DNA of 64,000 nt from Octopus vulgaris (lineage: Eukaryota), in the NCBI GenBank assembly GCA_951406725.2, contig OX597823.1, positions 21,576,001-21,640,000 of the forward strand, in the 5' to 3' direction. Position 1 is the first letter of the stretch; every line of letters starts with the position of its first letter. Below the pieces are notes generated by a model. It was not told the origin of the DNA and searched no databases. It was given only the letters and a program-made list of their open reading frames with translations. Positions 12,684 through 28,113 of the stretch are shown piece after piece. The translations under genes and the position numbers were made by a program.

Positions 12684-13649
12684 TACATTACCTATGTACA
12701 TATACATACGTTTGCATAAATATATGGAGGATGCACAGTTTAAAACAAATGGGAACTTGCAACATTCGTAGGTTTTTGTCCACCTTCAAAAGCGAAGAAA
12801 GCATAACTACAACAGGTCCTCTGATACATTTTACTTCTGAGAAACAGTGTTTCCTAACTAGAAAGAGATTAATCTTATCTGCTTTAAGACCACAAAATCC
12901 GGAATTAATCTCTTATTTTACTGAACTGCTGTTGCCCATAGCAACATTCCATCTCACACATTCACATACATTTTACTAGGAAATTACATTAAAGAGCAGA
13001 TAAAATGCCGTCCACAAGCCGCCCGAGGGTATCGTACGAATTGCTAGAAATAACAACCAAACATCCTTCAAATCACACTCTACTCTTTTGGGGAAAATGG
13101 CGTATAAGATAATATATTCCCCTAAACTGGTATGTGGTAGGTATTGATAGAATACTTATAAAGGCAAGTCTACTTATTTAGTGTACACCTAGGATTGAAA
13201 AAATCAACACAAAGTACCAACAGCAAACACTTTGTGGTTGTGAGGCTCATAGAACTTCTTAACGAATCTCTCTCAAACCACACCTTGCAGTCGAAAGGGT
13301 GTGGCAACATTGGATAATCTCATTCTAAGGGAAACATGAACAAGACTAACAAATTAAAAAAAGGCTTTGGTTCTTGAAAAGTAGACCCCATTTTAGCGAT
13401 GGCTAGTGCATTCGTTAGTACATATGGTATTTAGTAAAATGTATTAGTCAACAATCAGAATGTAATCTTGATTTTGTTACTAAAACTTATTCAAGAGGAG
13501 CAAAAAGAATTCATAGCCCGTTTACAGAGTGTCCTAAAGTGGTTTTGGAGCCAGAAATTTATCCTTAGACTGAAAACATGACTCAAATATTTACAAAAAT
13601 AATTTCTGTCTGGTGATATAAGCTTAAAGTCCCCTACATGTGTATCACT

Positions 13650-14480
13650 TTCAAGGGTTACGCCTCTGATTTGGCGTTCAAATAAGAAATATTGATGACT
13701 AAGAGCCTTGAAAATATTTTCAACAAAGTATTGGTACCTTTAGACAATGCACCAAATTATTAGTGAACATAAATGAGCTTTCTGATTGGTAATGTGAGAG
13801 TGGAATATATTCCTAAGAATGCAAATTCTTTGCTCCATCCAACGAATCAAGGTGTGATAGCTAACTTCAAGGTGTATTATCTAAGAACTTTTAAACAACT
13901 TTTGAAAGTAATCGACAAGGCGGATAAAGCTACAGCTAGAGACTTCTGGAAGAAGCTCAACATAGTAAATACGGTAGTGGAAGCACTCCGTCGGTTACGA
14001 CGATGAGGGTTCCGGTTGATCCGAATCAACGGAACAGCCTGCTTGTGAAATTAACGTGTAAGTGGCTGAGCACTCCACAGACACGTGTACCCTTAACGTA
14101 GTTCTCGGGGATATTCAGCGTGACACAGAGAGTGACAAGGCCGGCCCTTTGAAATACAGGTACAACAGAAACAGGAAGTAAGAGTGAGAGAAAGTTGTGG
14201 TGAAAGAGTACAGCAGGGATCACCACCATCCCCTGCCGGAGACTCGTAGAGCTTTTAGGTGTTTTCGCTCAATAAACACTCACAATGCCCGGTCTGGGAA
14301 TCGAAACCGCGAGTCCGCTGCCCTAACCACTGGGCCATTGCGCCTCCACAAATACGGTGGATAAGATAACTGAATCATAGGATGACATGGAACGACTCAA
14401 ATTTGAAGGGAGTTTGAAAAAATATTTGGCCAGAATATATTCATGACTTTACGAATTCTTCCCAAGTGGAAGTCAACAGT
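13650..14480 (+). mobile_element. pogo/Tigger transposase relic (DDE part) interrupted by a SINE
   Basis: VLVPLDNAPNY, YIPKNANSLLHPTNQGVIANFKVYYLR, DFWKKLNI. Confidence 0.7.
13978..14349 (-). mobile_element. tRNA-derived SINE with TSD
   Basis: A box tggcccagtgg, B box ggtttcgattccc; TSD aaatacggtRg at 13967-13977 and 14350-14360. Confidence 0.85.
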
Positions 14481-15352
14481 ATGTCTAACGAGGAGCAGAT
14501 ACTGTTGGAACAAGAGCCAGCTAAAAATACAAATCAGAATGCGGAAATGCCATGGAGTCGACCTAAATTGACTGGAATGAATATTGCTGAAGAACTGATG
14601 CTAACAAATTAAAATCTGCGTATTTTTACAAACAACAAGCCTAATCGCGAACGTAACATATTGTCAGAGAGGTTTTACAATAAGTTCCTACACTGAGCTG
14701 TGCAAAGAGATGATGCAACATAAACTTGTTTAGTTGGTCTACATGCTGACCACTGACTGACCGGATTGGGTGGAGAGCTAAATTGGGTGTGCCAAGACGG
14801 AAGAGCAGATATGAGGACAGAGAAGTAGGTTCTGTGTGTGTATTGTTCTTTGCGTGCTGTGTAAATGTGAAGTTGTGCCTTTCTGTTATTAATATATGTC
14901 TGTGTGTGTGTGATTCTGTGTGTGCGTGTGTGCGTATCCACCCGCTAGCATAAACACGCGTATAGACAGATACTATAACACGTACACAGATGCACGTACC
15001 ACCTATTAGTCTCCACAAGTTGTTGTTGCTTCATGGGTAGTTCATACATCTAATATACGAGTCTCTGTCGTATACGTATGTCTATATGGATGATGTGAAA
15101 CTGTAATAATAATTACGCTATTATGCTTGTCTCATATATATGTCAATTGGTGAGTTTGTGCGACTGTGTGCGCATGTGCGTTGGTATACGTCTCTTATAT
15201 AAACAGATATGTATGCGTACAGAAGGTTGGCCGCTGAAATGTGCCTGTCATTTTGTAATGTGAGTTTGTGTTGGTGTTTTGATGGATTTCATACGAATAT
15301 AGATATGTTGTGCGTCGTCAGCGTTCGACTGAATGTGTGTGTGGCTATATGA

Positions 15353-16128
<776 letters not shown>

Positions 16129-16132
16129 TATA

Positions 16133-16197
<65 letters not shown>

Positions 16198-17351
16198 CAT
16201 ATATATAAACATATATTTATGCACATATACATGCATATATGTATATACATATGATGTAGTATTTATACACATTAGCACGAATTTACACCACAGGTATGTA
16301 TATAGATATATGTATGTATAGATACACATATACACACACACATATATATATATATATACACACATATATACATATATACATATATATACATACACATACA
16401 CTGTGTGTGTCACTATTGCATTTCGTCATCTGTAACTACAGTTCTTGTGGCAGTTTGTCATCGTCGCACTTTACACGTTATCATCACCTTCTATTACGCA
16501 ACAGCTAAAAAACCTAATAATTATAAGTTTGATCAATTTCTTCCTCATTTTTGCTAAGATTATCGATATTTCTAATAATAATTATAGCATTACTATAATT
16601 ACCCTTTTTTTTACAAGAAGCCGAATGGTTAATATTTAATCTATCGACTATCTTCGTTTATTTAATTATATAAATTTATTTATCCGTTTATTTTTACTTA
16701 CCTTGAATTTTCTTTTTTGTTCAAACTTCACAAACTAATCGAATGCTCTCTGTAATTACAATCTCTTTCTCTCTACTTTTTTCTAATTACCTTCTAGCCT
16801 TCATCAACTACTAACGACCTTTCTTCACCTAACCTTCTATGTTTTCTCTTCTACCTTCTTCACTTATCCGTTATTTCTCCCTTAGTCTCTTGTTTGTTTA
16901 CTCCATCTATCTAATCAGTTCCTATGCGCTTCTGACCCACCTTTCTTCACCTCTGAATAAGTAGCCTTATTGATACTAATAGAAACACCGTCTTCTGTAC
17001 GGTTTTATACTAGTACTTATATGTAATATGGATTTGCGTTATATATCTGCAATGAGGTTGTTAAGCGAACATTAGACTTGTGTCATTTCCGATGTAGCTC
17101 TTTATCCTTCTCTACTGGCCGCTAATTGAAGTAAGGCTCCCAAGGAATATGGCTACTCATATATGGGACGATGCTACACACACACACACACAGAGCATGT
17201 ACACACATATACGCACGCGCACACACAAACAACACAACATACACCCATAAATATCCGAGGCCTTAGGAAAATACATCCGGTTGATTTTTCAAAGACTTGA
17301 CAACACCTATCCAAAAACTACTTCTGCCTCGGATGTAGCTAGCTGCATACC

Positions 17352-17578
17352 TATTTCTTTACTACCCACAAGGGGCTAAGCACAGAGAGGACAAACAAGG
17401 ACAAACGGATTAAGTCGATTACATCGACCCCAGTGCGTAACTGGTACTTAATTTATCGACCCCGAAAGGATGAAAGGCCAAGTCGGCCTTGGCGGAATTT
17501 GAACTCAGAACCTAACGGCAGACGAAATACGGCTACGCATTTCGCCCGTCGTGCTAACGTTTCTGCCAGCTCGCCGCC
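17352..17578 (-). mobile_element. SINE family A (Meta-domain-like core) with TSD
   Basis: ggcggcgagctggcagaa head, gagttcaaattcc B box, cctttcatcctttcggggtcgataaa core; TSD tagctgcatacc. Confidence 0.85.
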
Positions 17579-19854
17579 TAGCTGCATACCACCTCGCATT
17601 AACTACTTCAGAGAATCATTTGTAGTGTCATCAATTTTTTTTCGGAACACCCTCTTACAGGTGTTGACTTGTAGCGTGTTTTTCAACCAAATCAACCCCA
17701 AAATTATGGGGGGGTGCTGTTTTAAAACCGACCAAAGCCACAAAAATGTCATGTTGGCAAATTTGCTATTCTGCCACGAAAAATGCTGTTTTGCTGAAAT
17801 GTCAGTTTTATTATTTCTCTCCGCTTCCATTAAAGTTGCCTTTTCTCTTTTACAGTGAGGTGATGTACTTTGAAATAACAAAATTATGAGAACAGTGGCT
17901 AATTATCTTTAGTGATAATTAGCAGCTGATCTATTAATTTTGATAATTAGACTAAGAAAAAATCGGCGAACTTTATTCATCGTTTTATGTTTTATCGTTA
18001 TTAGTCATTGGACTACGATCACGCTGGAGCACCGATAAGTTTTAGTAGAATAAGTTGCCGCCACTATTTATGCTTTTAAGTTTGGCACTTATTCTATCAG
18101 TCTCTTTCACCGAGACTGAGAGAATAACAGGGACGCATGCAAACCAACACCGGCTGTCAAGCAGTGGCGGGAGACAAACACAGATACAAAGACACTGGTC
18201 GACCTGAGGCTTATAGTAAAAGACGCTTGGCCAATGTGTCGTATATGTGGATCTGAAGCCCAAACCAGGTGATTGCAAAGCCAGCTTCTTACTTAACCTA
18301 AGAAGCAACGAAATGGAGCAAGTTTTTATGTAAACCTACTTTCTAAAAGCGAATGACAATTTCCTCTGCCAGTTTTGTGCAAATCACGGTCCTTATGGCC
18401 AAGTTCTCCCGTCTAGTTTCAAATTTCGAAGTAATTCGAGCGGAAATCATTCGGCCACTTCAGCTCGTTTTGTAACATTGAACTTCTGTGGGAGCAACCA
18501 TAACAAGTCTAGCGAACCGAATAATTTTTAAGAATAGAAGATCGTCCCTACCCTTCAATGGAATGTATGATAGGCAAGTATAATGTTGCGATTTGCTACA
18601 GCTGGATTCTTTTCTTGCCGAGGAAAGTTGGTAAAGATCTTTTATCCATTTTCATAGCCCATTGCTATATTTCATTTGCTTTATAAAGGGTCATTATGTC
18701 TGTGAACTTATTTTCGCTCAATTACTAAACTGAATCTTTTTTGTTCCAAGGGATATGTTGTTTAGCTTGCTGGGAATAGTAGCCAAATATCCCTATACTT
18801 TCTTAAACAGAAGATGCATTTAAAAACGTAGCCACTTTTGCTTTCATCCTTTCGGGGTCGATTAAATAAGTACCAGTTGCGCACTGGGGTTGATGTAATC
18901 GACTTAATCCCTTTGTTCGTCCTTGTTTGTCCCCTCTATGTTTAGCCCCTTGTGGGCAATAAAGAAATAAATATACAAAAAAAGAAATGATAGCCACAAC
19001 TAAAACACTTGTATTAATTTCGCTTTGCAAATAACATATTTCAGTATTCGATCTCAAGCAGTGCAGAGAGGGTAGTTCAGTAGAGAGAAACCAATATAAA
19101 ATTCTTTAAGCCACTCACATCGTATCTCTACTTCAAACTACTATTAAACCCTGAAAAGTCCGTTTCCCCAGCAGAATTCTACCTTCTAACTTCTTCACAT
19201 TCCACGCTTCTGTTCAGACATTAATTTCAGATATTCAAGAGGAACATCAAGCACACCTATCTGAAAGAGCCCGGTTTTCAACAGATTTTAAAAAACAAAA
19301 ACATTTAAATAAACGAAGAGTATAAGTACATCACTGTATGTTCAACCTCTCGTTTCAACGGAGAGCAAACAGTATGTAATTTCAGCTTAAAGAAAATAGT
19401 AGATAATTTCAACTTAGAGAAAACGGTAATTTCTACTTCTATATGTTCTTTATCCAGCATAAAATTTCACCACCTGTTCATCTCGCTGCATTGCAAGGAC
19501 ATTGTCTTGTTATTTGCACCAAACTAAACAGAAATTGCTGCAAACCTTTCTTTTAGAAAACATATCTTTTATTTTTCAGTATAAATACCAAATGATCAAA
19601 TTTCTTCGAAATCCAATTCAACGAAATCAAAAAAGAACCAAACCTTAAATACAGATAAATATTCAGCTTTTATTTTGTTAATTTGCGCTAATATACGAAT
19701 TATTCAACTTCTTCTGTATTAAACTATTTACTGTGTATCTTCATCATGTTTTTCCAACATTACAATACTTCAAAGAGTTCATATTCTATGTCTTCAGCCA
19801 TATACTGGTAGACGAAAGCATGCATAGCAGATAACAAGTTATTTGGAAAAGGAT

Positions 19855-19933
19855 GCGTGGCGTTCAATCATATAATAATATAAATAATATATAAATATAT
19901 GCATATACATATGTACATACCTACATATATATG

Positions 19934-19999
<66 letters not shown>

Positions 20000-20430
20000 G
20001 CATATACGGGTACAGGACATCAAAAAAACGTTGAATACAATGAGAAACGAAAACAAAAACGAAAAACATAGAAAACGAACTTTTTTTGAACAACGAAAAA
20101 ACAGAGAAACGAGACATACAACATAAAGAATATTCCCCTTCTTCAGTTGTCCCTGTTTCACTTCGAAACGCGGAGTAGATGAAACAGCGACAACTGATGA
20201 AGGGGAATATTCTTTATGTTGCATGTCTCGTCTCTCTCTGTTTGCTTTTTTCGTCGTTCGAAAGAAAGTTCGTTTCTATGTTTTTGTTTCTCATATGTGT
20301 TCAACGTTTTTTTTTTTGCTGTCCTGTACCCATATATGCATGTATATATACATATATATGTAGATATGTACATATATGTATGTATATACGCATATATTTA
20401 TATATTATTTATATAACAAGTTATATTTGA
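19855..20430. repeat. Inverted pair of a dispersed non-coding element (other copies ~12285-12452, ~35240-35700, ~39875-40190)
   Basis: Arms pair around tgtttca...tgaaaca (20154-20186); shared ctgatgaaggggaatattc motif. Confidence 0.8.
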
Positions 20431-23325
20431 TTGAGACTGGTCCAAGCTTCAGCAATAGCAGTTGTTTTACACAATATTTTCAGTTGATTGTTCTTTGACC
20501 ATATCCTCACCTAAAACAACAGTCGGTGGCTGATGACCGATACCAACCAAAACCCAGTTACGCACCAATTCACAATGAAATTCTCTGAAATTTATTGCTG
20601 CATTGGTAGCATTAAACCGCACTACAATATACTGCAAACCATGTACTTTGCATTTTGTCACATTTAACAGTTTGCTTAATCGTATCGAAACGAACATTAA
20701 TGTCATCCTTGAAACGTTCATGGTTAGCTTATTCGGCAGCTATTATTCATGCATACTTTAGCGGTAGGAAATGAATCCAAGGATAAACTACCAAGTTAAT
20801 CGGAAACTTGATTCGATCAACATTAAGAACACCATCAAATCTTTAAAAGGCGATAATTCAACACACTACCGGAGGAGTCAGACTATATAGGAAAATAGGT
20901 GTGAAAACAAAATCCAACTTTTTTTACAAGTTGCATAACGATGTGAATCATAAAAAGTGGTTAGAATACAATTGTTAGGTCTAAGACCTGAATAATCTAA
21001 GTAAATCTTATTCTGCTAAAGTAGATATGAATACACAATCAGCGCCAAAACTATGCGACACAGAAACCCCTTCAAGACTAGAATGTTGCTCCACCAATTT
21101 ACAGATCCAGTTGACAACCAGGTCATTAATTGATCTACTTCTTAATGGTCTAGTGACACCAGGAAGCAGGTTTTAGCAGAATATTTTTTTCTTAACAGTA
21201 ATGTCATTTTCGAATAAGCAAGTAGGTAACATTTTCCCATCTTTGCTACACACCATTCGTTTTTAATTAAAATCTAAATTAGAATACTCTAAGAAATAGA
21301 ACTATTTACTTCGTTACAGAGAAAATGGTTGATTACGCCAAATATTTTTACTACTCTCTGAACCGAATCTTCTGGAAGACACCGCCTGGAACTGAACGAC
21401 AAGCTTGGAACTTCGAATTAGGAGAACATTCTATCCGGCGGATTTCTAAAATATTACCGTCTATTTTATCTTGCTCACAAAGTGTGGTTTAACGATGACC
21501 GTATTAGGAGACTCTAGGCTAGTGTGTAATAAAGTGGTATTGAACCACTGATTTGCGAAGCAAACTTAACAGCAATGCAGGGATCCATTTAGAGAGTATT
21601 CAAAATACTAGTGCTGTGGTGCTTAGCCACTAAGTAGCCCAATTTTCTGTGACCGCTTCGATTCCCAGTTGAACCCTTACAGATACCAACCCTTTTTTTC
21701 TACTTTTATTTAGTTGTAACACTCTAGGATAGTCCTCATTGCCCAAATTTATGATCTTTTGTGTATTTAAGGCTGCATTATACAGTGATTTGAAAGAATT
21801 TGGTTACTATTTCTACCAGGTCAAGCGTTAACTTATAAAGTCCCTTTTTGACACAACTATCACTTTATCTGGTTGAGACGTTAAGTGAACGTCTGGAGCA
21901 CACGAGAAAGGTGTTTCAGTTTTCGGTAGCTTAGCGATGCTTACTCTGAATGAGCGATTATCGAGTTTCTGCCATCTGATACCTTCCGTATCTAGTAAAT
22001 TAAATTTATTATATAATGCAAGACTTATTTTCAGAGAGAATGTACCAGCACCCTTATTAGGCAAACTGGAGTCGAAACCGGTAATACCTGCTGGAAATTC
22101 TATTGTCTAGAACACAGCATCAAGCCAAATAAATAGATATTGTCTGACGCATCTACTGATAAGGAATCGTGAGGCCTGTTCTTTAATGTGACTGTATAGC
22201 CTACTTGCCCACTTTTTTTACGAGAGAATATTGAGTCACTTTCTCTATAAGTCCCCAGAGCCATGTTGATTTAAAACCCACTGTTATTGGTAACTATAAA
22301 AGTTTTTTGAACTTTTTGCAGAAATAAAGTAACCAATCTATTAAAAAATCTGTGCATCTATTCTCCTGGTAAATCTTTTGCATTCTGCTTTTCTGTTTAA
22401 AAGTTCGGTAGGTATTTTATGGGAAGATAAAGAAATACTTTCTTTATTGTAATGTCACCTGACATTGTCGGATATTTATATTTCTAGATATATGAACATA
22501 TTTAAAGAAAGTTTTCTGAGACTAGGCTGTTAAACCAGTGAAACAGTTTGTTGTGCTGACTCGGTAATGAGCTCATAGCTAAAGATGAGCAGATTGGTAG
22601 AATTATGTTCTAGTAAACCTGTCTTCTATTTATAAGTAAGCAGTGTTATTCATTATTTTGGGGAATGTAAATTTATGTTTTACAACAGAATTCTGGTACA
22701 ATTTTCCTATGGAATGATAATATTTCGACTGAATAACGGAATATGTATTTTACTTTAACATTACAAATTTTATTTCAAAACTAACATCTGACTTTTTCTG
22801 CATTTTATATTCTTTTGATATAAGAATATCATTTTATCACATTGCTATAATGCAGTTCTACGATTATTATTCAAGGCCTAATATTTTCCATATCAAATTC
22901 ACGTCAGTTAGCTTTGATGGGTTTTTTTTTAATGTTGTCACCCCGATTAATTCTTCGTTGGTTACATGTGCAGCAATAATTTCTGCAGAAAAAAGCTTAC
23001 CTTGAACAGTTGAATATTCCTAAAATGACAACTGCTTGTTTCGAACAGGCTAACAACACGTCTAAACGCGACCTATGTCAAGGGAAATATATAGTTTTTT
23101 TTTGTATGTTGTACTGAACGTTACTATTACAACAATAAAAGCCAAGGAATCTATCCAGTTTGCGGTTCCCGACTAAATCTAAAGTTAGTATCATCAACCA
23201 TCAACTTTGAAACTAGGTTAGGATATGGCTGAGGTACAACGACCGGTGTACATCTTGTGGAATACGACATTATATAACAAAAAAATTGCTAAAGTGAGTT
23301 CATGGACATCATATTGTCCTTCCTA

Positions 23326-23365
<40 letters not shown>

Positions 23366-23801
23366 TATACTATATATATATATATATATATAAGATGAAA
23401 AGAAAGCTGATCTTAATTTGTACGCGCACTCTAAAATTTTATACTGTATCTTCTGAGTAATAACGAAGCCATACTTCAATTTTAACAAACAGTGGTTTTT
23501 ATTGTTTTTTTTTGTTTTTCTGTTTTTTTTTTTTTTTTTGTTTCCCCAACTGCTGCAAAGTTTGACCGAACAACGCCATGCTTGAATTTTTGCACACCAA
23601 CGTGACATTAACGCATCTTTATTTGTTCGATTTCTATTTTCGTAATTCTATCGATTTTTATGTTGGAACTATCTTAAAATTGTATAGATTGTATTTATTG
23701 TGGGCGTTACGTTTCTGTGTCAGTAGTTTTACTTTGTGGCTTGGTGTTGTTCAGTACAGATATATGACATGAGAATGTATGCATGTATGTGCGTATGTAT
23801 G

Positions 23802-23884
<83 letters not shown>

Positions 23885-23898
23885 ATATATATATACAT

Positions 23899-23931
<33 letters not shown>

Positions 23932-23974
23932 CGTATTTATAATATATACACAAAATATATATACATATATTCTG

Positions 23975-24312
23975 AGACCACCCCCTTCGGTCACGACAAT
24001 GACCGTGGGATTGCACCTAGAAAGTTACCCTCCCAGACACAAGTCTGGGCAAAGTTGTTTATGGAAGACCAGCAGTCGCCCATGCATACCGTCCTCCCCT
24101 TTCCAAGCCACCAGTGTTAGCCAAGGGAAAGGCAAAGGGGCCGATACAGCTTGGCACCTGTGACGTCGCAACTCATTTCTACAGCTGAGTGAACTGGAGC
24201 AACGTGAAATAAAATGTCTTGCTCAAGAACACAACACGCAGCCCGGTGATGGATTCGAGCTCACAACCTCACGATCGTAAGCTCGAGGGTCTAACCACTG
24301 AGCCATTGCACG
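23975..24312 (-). mobile_element. tRNA-derived SINE
   Basis: tggctcagtggttag A box, gagctcgaatcc B box-like; inserted in a TA/CA microsatellite. Confidence 0.75.
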
Positions 24313-24406
<94 letters not shown>

Positions 24407-25042
24407 TATGTATGTGAAAACATATACATACGCACTTATATATTATATATAATATATATATGATATATGTATATATATAAAACATACATACATACATATA
24501 TACATACATACATGCATACATACATGTATATATACATACAGACACACAGACACACATACATAAGTAAGCATGTGGGCGCTATACAGCTTTATCTGTCCCC
24601 ATCAATAGGTATATTAATTGTAACTAGGATATTACTGTTTATAATTTGTAGGTTTGGAGTTGAAAATCGCTCTAGCATCTAAAAACACGAGTCGATATTA
24701 TGTTACATTGAATAACGGTAAGTGAATAATTGGTTTCAGCAAGAATTTTCTCAAAGAAAACTAACAAAACTCCTGATAAAATGATAAATTCCATCTAAAT
24801 TCTATGAATGACAGCTAAGCAATAGCCATATAAACGTTTACGTTTCATTGATTAGCTTCCGTTTTTAGAATAACATCTGAAATAAATATACAGATATATA
24901 AATATATATATATAGAAACACAGATACATATGTATGTATATGTATATACATACGTGTGTGTGTGTGCGTGTGTATGTGTGTAGGTGTTCATGTGGATGTG
25001 TTTATGAATATATTCATTTGTTACATATGTATACAATTGCTA

Positions 25043-25088
<46 letters not shown>

Positions 25089-25544
25089 ATATGTTTGTGT
25101 TCGTGTATGTGTTTGTGTTCGTGTATGTGTGTGTGTGTCTGTATATATATATATATATATATGCATACAAATATATATATGTATGTATATATGTGTGTGT
25201 GTATATGTGTGTTTGTATATATGTATATACACATATATATGCATATATATATATATACTTACATACATGTAAATATTAAATATGAGCAAAAATATGTACA
25301 TTAGCACTGAAATATCTGAATATTGGTAAAGAATTCATGAATACATGTGCTATAATTGAAGGCTACATACTACCACACTCCACTTTGCCCGATGTCCCTC
25401 ACTCACTCTCTCTTCTTTTCAAGTTTTCATTCTATCTGTCCTCTCTCTCTCTCTCTCTCTCCTTCCCTTTCTCTCCTTTCTCTCTCCTTCTCGTGCAGAA
25501 ATACACGAACATATTGTTAGTAATTAAATGATATGAAATGCTTA

Positions 25545-25778
25545 CGGCGGCGAGCTGGCAGAAACGTTAGCACGCCGGCCGAAATGCTTAGCGGTATTTC
25601 GTCTGCCGTTACGTTGTGAGTTCAAATTCCGCCGAGGTTGACTTTGCCTTTCATCCTGTCGGGGTCGATAAATTAAGTACCAGTTACGCACTGGAGTCGA
25701 TGTAATCGACTTAATACCTATGTCTGTCCTTGTTTGTTCTCTCTGTGTTTAGCCCCTTGTGGGTAGTAAAGAAGCAGA
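25545..25778 (+). mobile_element. SINE family A with TSD
   Basis: TSD gatatgaaatgctta; further copies at ~1598-1810, 3203-3400, 5372-5580, 18835-18970, 32975-33185, 33453-33595, 34172-34385, 53725-53845. Confidence 0.85.
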
Positions 25779-25929
25779 TATGAAATGCTTACCTTATGCC
25801 CTGTATGAGCCAAAAAAAAAAGCCTCCATGCGTCAGCACAAATTTCTAGACATCACAATTTAGTCTCTGTATAAAATCACACCTTATCGTTTTAAAGGAA
25901 AGGAAAACCGGGCGAAGTAAAAACAGTTT

Positions 25930-26245
25930 TCAGTGTTCAGCGAAGCCAGGAAACAAAAAGAAAAACAGAAACTGAAGTGACAGACTGTTGTGAAGAGAGA
26001 CAAAACACCCCGACAGAAATTGTGAATACAAAAGACTTAAAACTTATCTAAGAATGATGTTACATATTGCAAGAAAGCAATGGAAAGATAGTCTCTACGT
26101 GGCTGATACCTGTAGAAGATAAACAAAGACGGAATAGACAAAGAAATCTCACCTAACTGAGTGAGAAGTATATGACTCAAAATTGAGACTGAATAATCAT
26201 GCATTGTAGCACAAGTTTGAAGTCTTCCTACCAAGAACCACTAAA
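25930..26245 (+). mobile_element. Highly decayed R4-like LINE fragment
   Basis: Remnants QWKD..LRG.Y, IDKEISPN*VRSI*LKIETE..AQV*SLPTKNH. Confidence 0.5.
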
Positions 26246-26251
26246 TATACG

Positions 26252-26403
26252 AGTTCCAGGATTGCTTCGAATAGTGGAAAACGCGTTAGGACCGATGCAT
26301 TGCTTCAAATGAAGAATACTTTGAAAGCGATAAAAGTGTAAACGTAAAACTAAGTGGAAAAAATAATATTGCAAAATTCCGGTTTCATTTGGGTACCCCT
26401 TCT
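26252..26403 (+). mobile_element. Mariner 3' end fragment
   Basis: FQDCFE*WKTR*DRCIASNEEYFESD followed by a TIR-like end. Confidence 0.6.
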
Positions 26404-26520
26404 TAAGTAATGGGCCGGAATATCTGAACTAACTTGCAAATCTTCTGTTTACAAGTTTCGTAAACTTGCCCAGAAAATTCCACCAGTCCGTCCGGTACCG
26501 TATCGGTGTTCCCAAATATA

Positions 26521-26753
26521 CCTATTTCTTTATTACCCACAAGGGGCTAAACACAGAGGGGGACAAACAAGGACAAACATAGGTATTAAGTCGATTACAT
26601 CGACCCCAATGCGTAACTGGTATTTAATTTATCGACCCCGAAAGGATGAAAGGCAAAGTCGACCTCGGCGGAATTTGAACTCACAACGTAACGACAGACG
26701 AAATACGGCTACGCATTTCGTCCGGCGTGCTAACGTTTCTGCCAGCTCGCCGC
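26521..26753 (-). mobile_element. SINE family A
   Basis: Full-length reverse copy. Confidence 0.85.
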
Positions 26754-27230
26754 CTATACCGTACCGGGTCATCTAGATCGTATTTAGACAGCATAATTGT
26801 TAAGTCAATGGCTGTTCTATTAGATGCGAAAGAAAACTTCACTTGAAAACTATGTGATTTAGTGCTCAATCCCACTGCACAACACCTGAGGTAATTAATT
26901 GTCTTCTGGTACGGGAAAACCAAGTAATGTGAAAAGACTTCAAAGAAGGTAACTGTGCGGAAGCTTAACAAAATGGCTGTTCCCAATTAAAGCCATTACC
27001 TGGCCTTCCAGAATCCGGTCTCCATTCTGAGGATAACTTCGTCCACGCTTCCCACCAATATCAGAGATACTTCCAAAGGATCATGGGTGTGACAGTTTGA
27101 CATTTCTTTCTCTGATTAAGTCAAACATTTAATGTATAAGCCACTACACACAAACACCCAGGTCAACACGTGGCCCTGCCCTGCCTCTCTTCTCTTCTTT
27201 CTTATCTCCACTGTCTTACTTCCCATTCTT

Positions 27231-27356
27231 CTCTCCTCCTCTTCATCCAAACTCTGTCTCATCTCCTACTCTCCTCCTCTTCATCCAAACTCTGTCTCAT
27301 CTCCTACTCTCCTCCTCTTCATCCAAACTCTGTCTCATCTCCTACTCTCCTCCTCT
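27231..27356. repeat. 38-bp minisatellite, ~3.3 copies
   Basis: ctctcctcctcttcatccaaactctgtctcatctccta x3. Confidence 0.9.
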
Positions 27357-27800
27357 CCCTTCTGGTCTTCCTTGTTGTATCCCGTTTTCTACTCTACTGT
27401 GCCTCTACTTCCAATCTCTCCTCCACCTATTCGTTATTCGCTACGGTTCTTCGGCTCCCACAATATCCTCGTTGAACCCTTTGACCAATCTTATATCCCA
27501 AAGCCTGATACTATCTGGAATACTTTCCTGTTATATTATGGCGGAGTGTTAAAGCAGATAGACGGAAGAAAACATGTAGATTAGAATTGATGATTTCGAT
27601 GCTAAAACAGAAGAAATATGTACTGTAATAAATTGCCAACTTTCGGCAACATAGTTTATTGTTAAGAAATTTATTTAATTTGAGAAACAAAGACAAATGG
27701 TTCTGGGTTTTGACAGTTAAATTCCAAATTGCTAGTGGATGCTTTAAAGGTATGAGAGAGTTCATACATACATACATACATACATACATACATACATACA

Positions 27801-27831
<31 letters not shown>

Positions 27832-28113
27832 GCACGCACATAGATGCACTTGCTTATCTTAGTAAATGTTTGAACGATAATCTAGAAAAGCTAGGATTTT
27901 CAAGCAAAGAGACCGGCTGACACAAAGTTTGTAGATACAACTTGTAAGTCAAACAGTAAGAATATGCAAGACTTTTTAAAGTTCGATAGATATCAATTAT
28001 TGTTATTACTATACAAATTCCAGTGGTGTCGCTTTTTTTTTCTTTCCTTGAAATCAGCTTCCTCCTTCAAGAAAAAGTACTAGAAAATAAAGGAAAGTGA
28101 AATAAAGAACACA

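Noticed and set aside
16420-17000. Possible decayed PLE 3' end and HHR (ctgaataag...gaaacaccgtc); similar hints at ~3880-3950 and ~55125-55215
   Set aside because: Cores mutated and stems not supportable by eye
17433-17858. ORFs beginning MRNWYLIYRPRKDER (also at 34098 and 46862)
   Set aside because: Antisense read-through of SINE family A
20750-22090. Possible very old PLE remnant ending in gtc-GAAA-CCGG-TA at ~22073-22084
   Set aside because: Only the HHR 3' half is recognisable; no convincing peptide motifs or 5' core
27231-27356. 38-bp repeats as a CRISPR-like array
   Set aside because: Head-to-tail with no spacers; eukaryotic context
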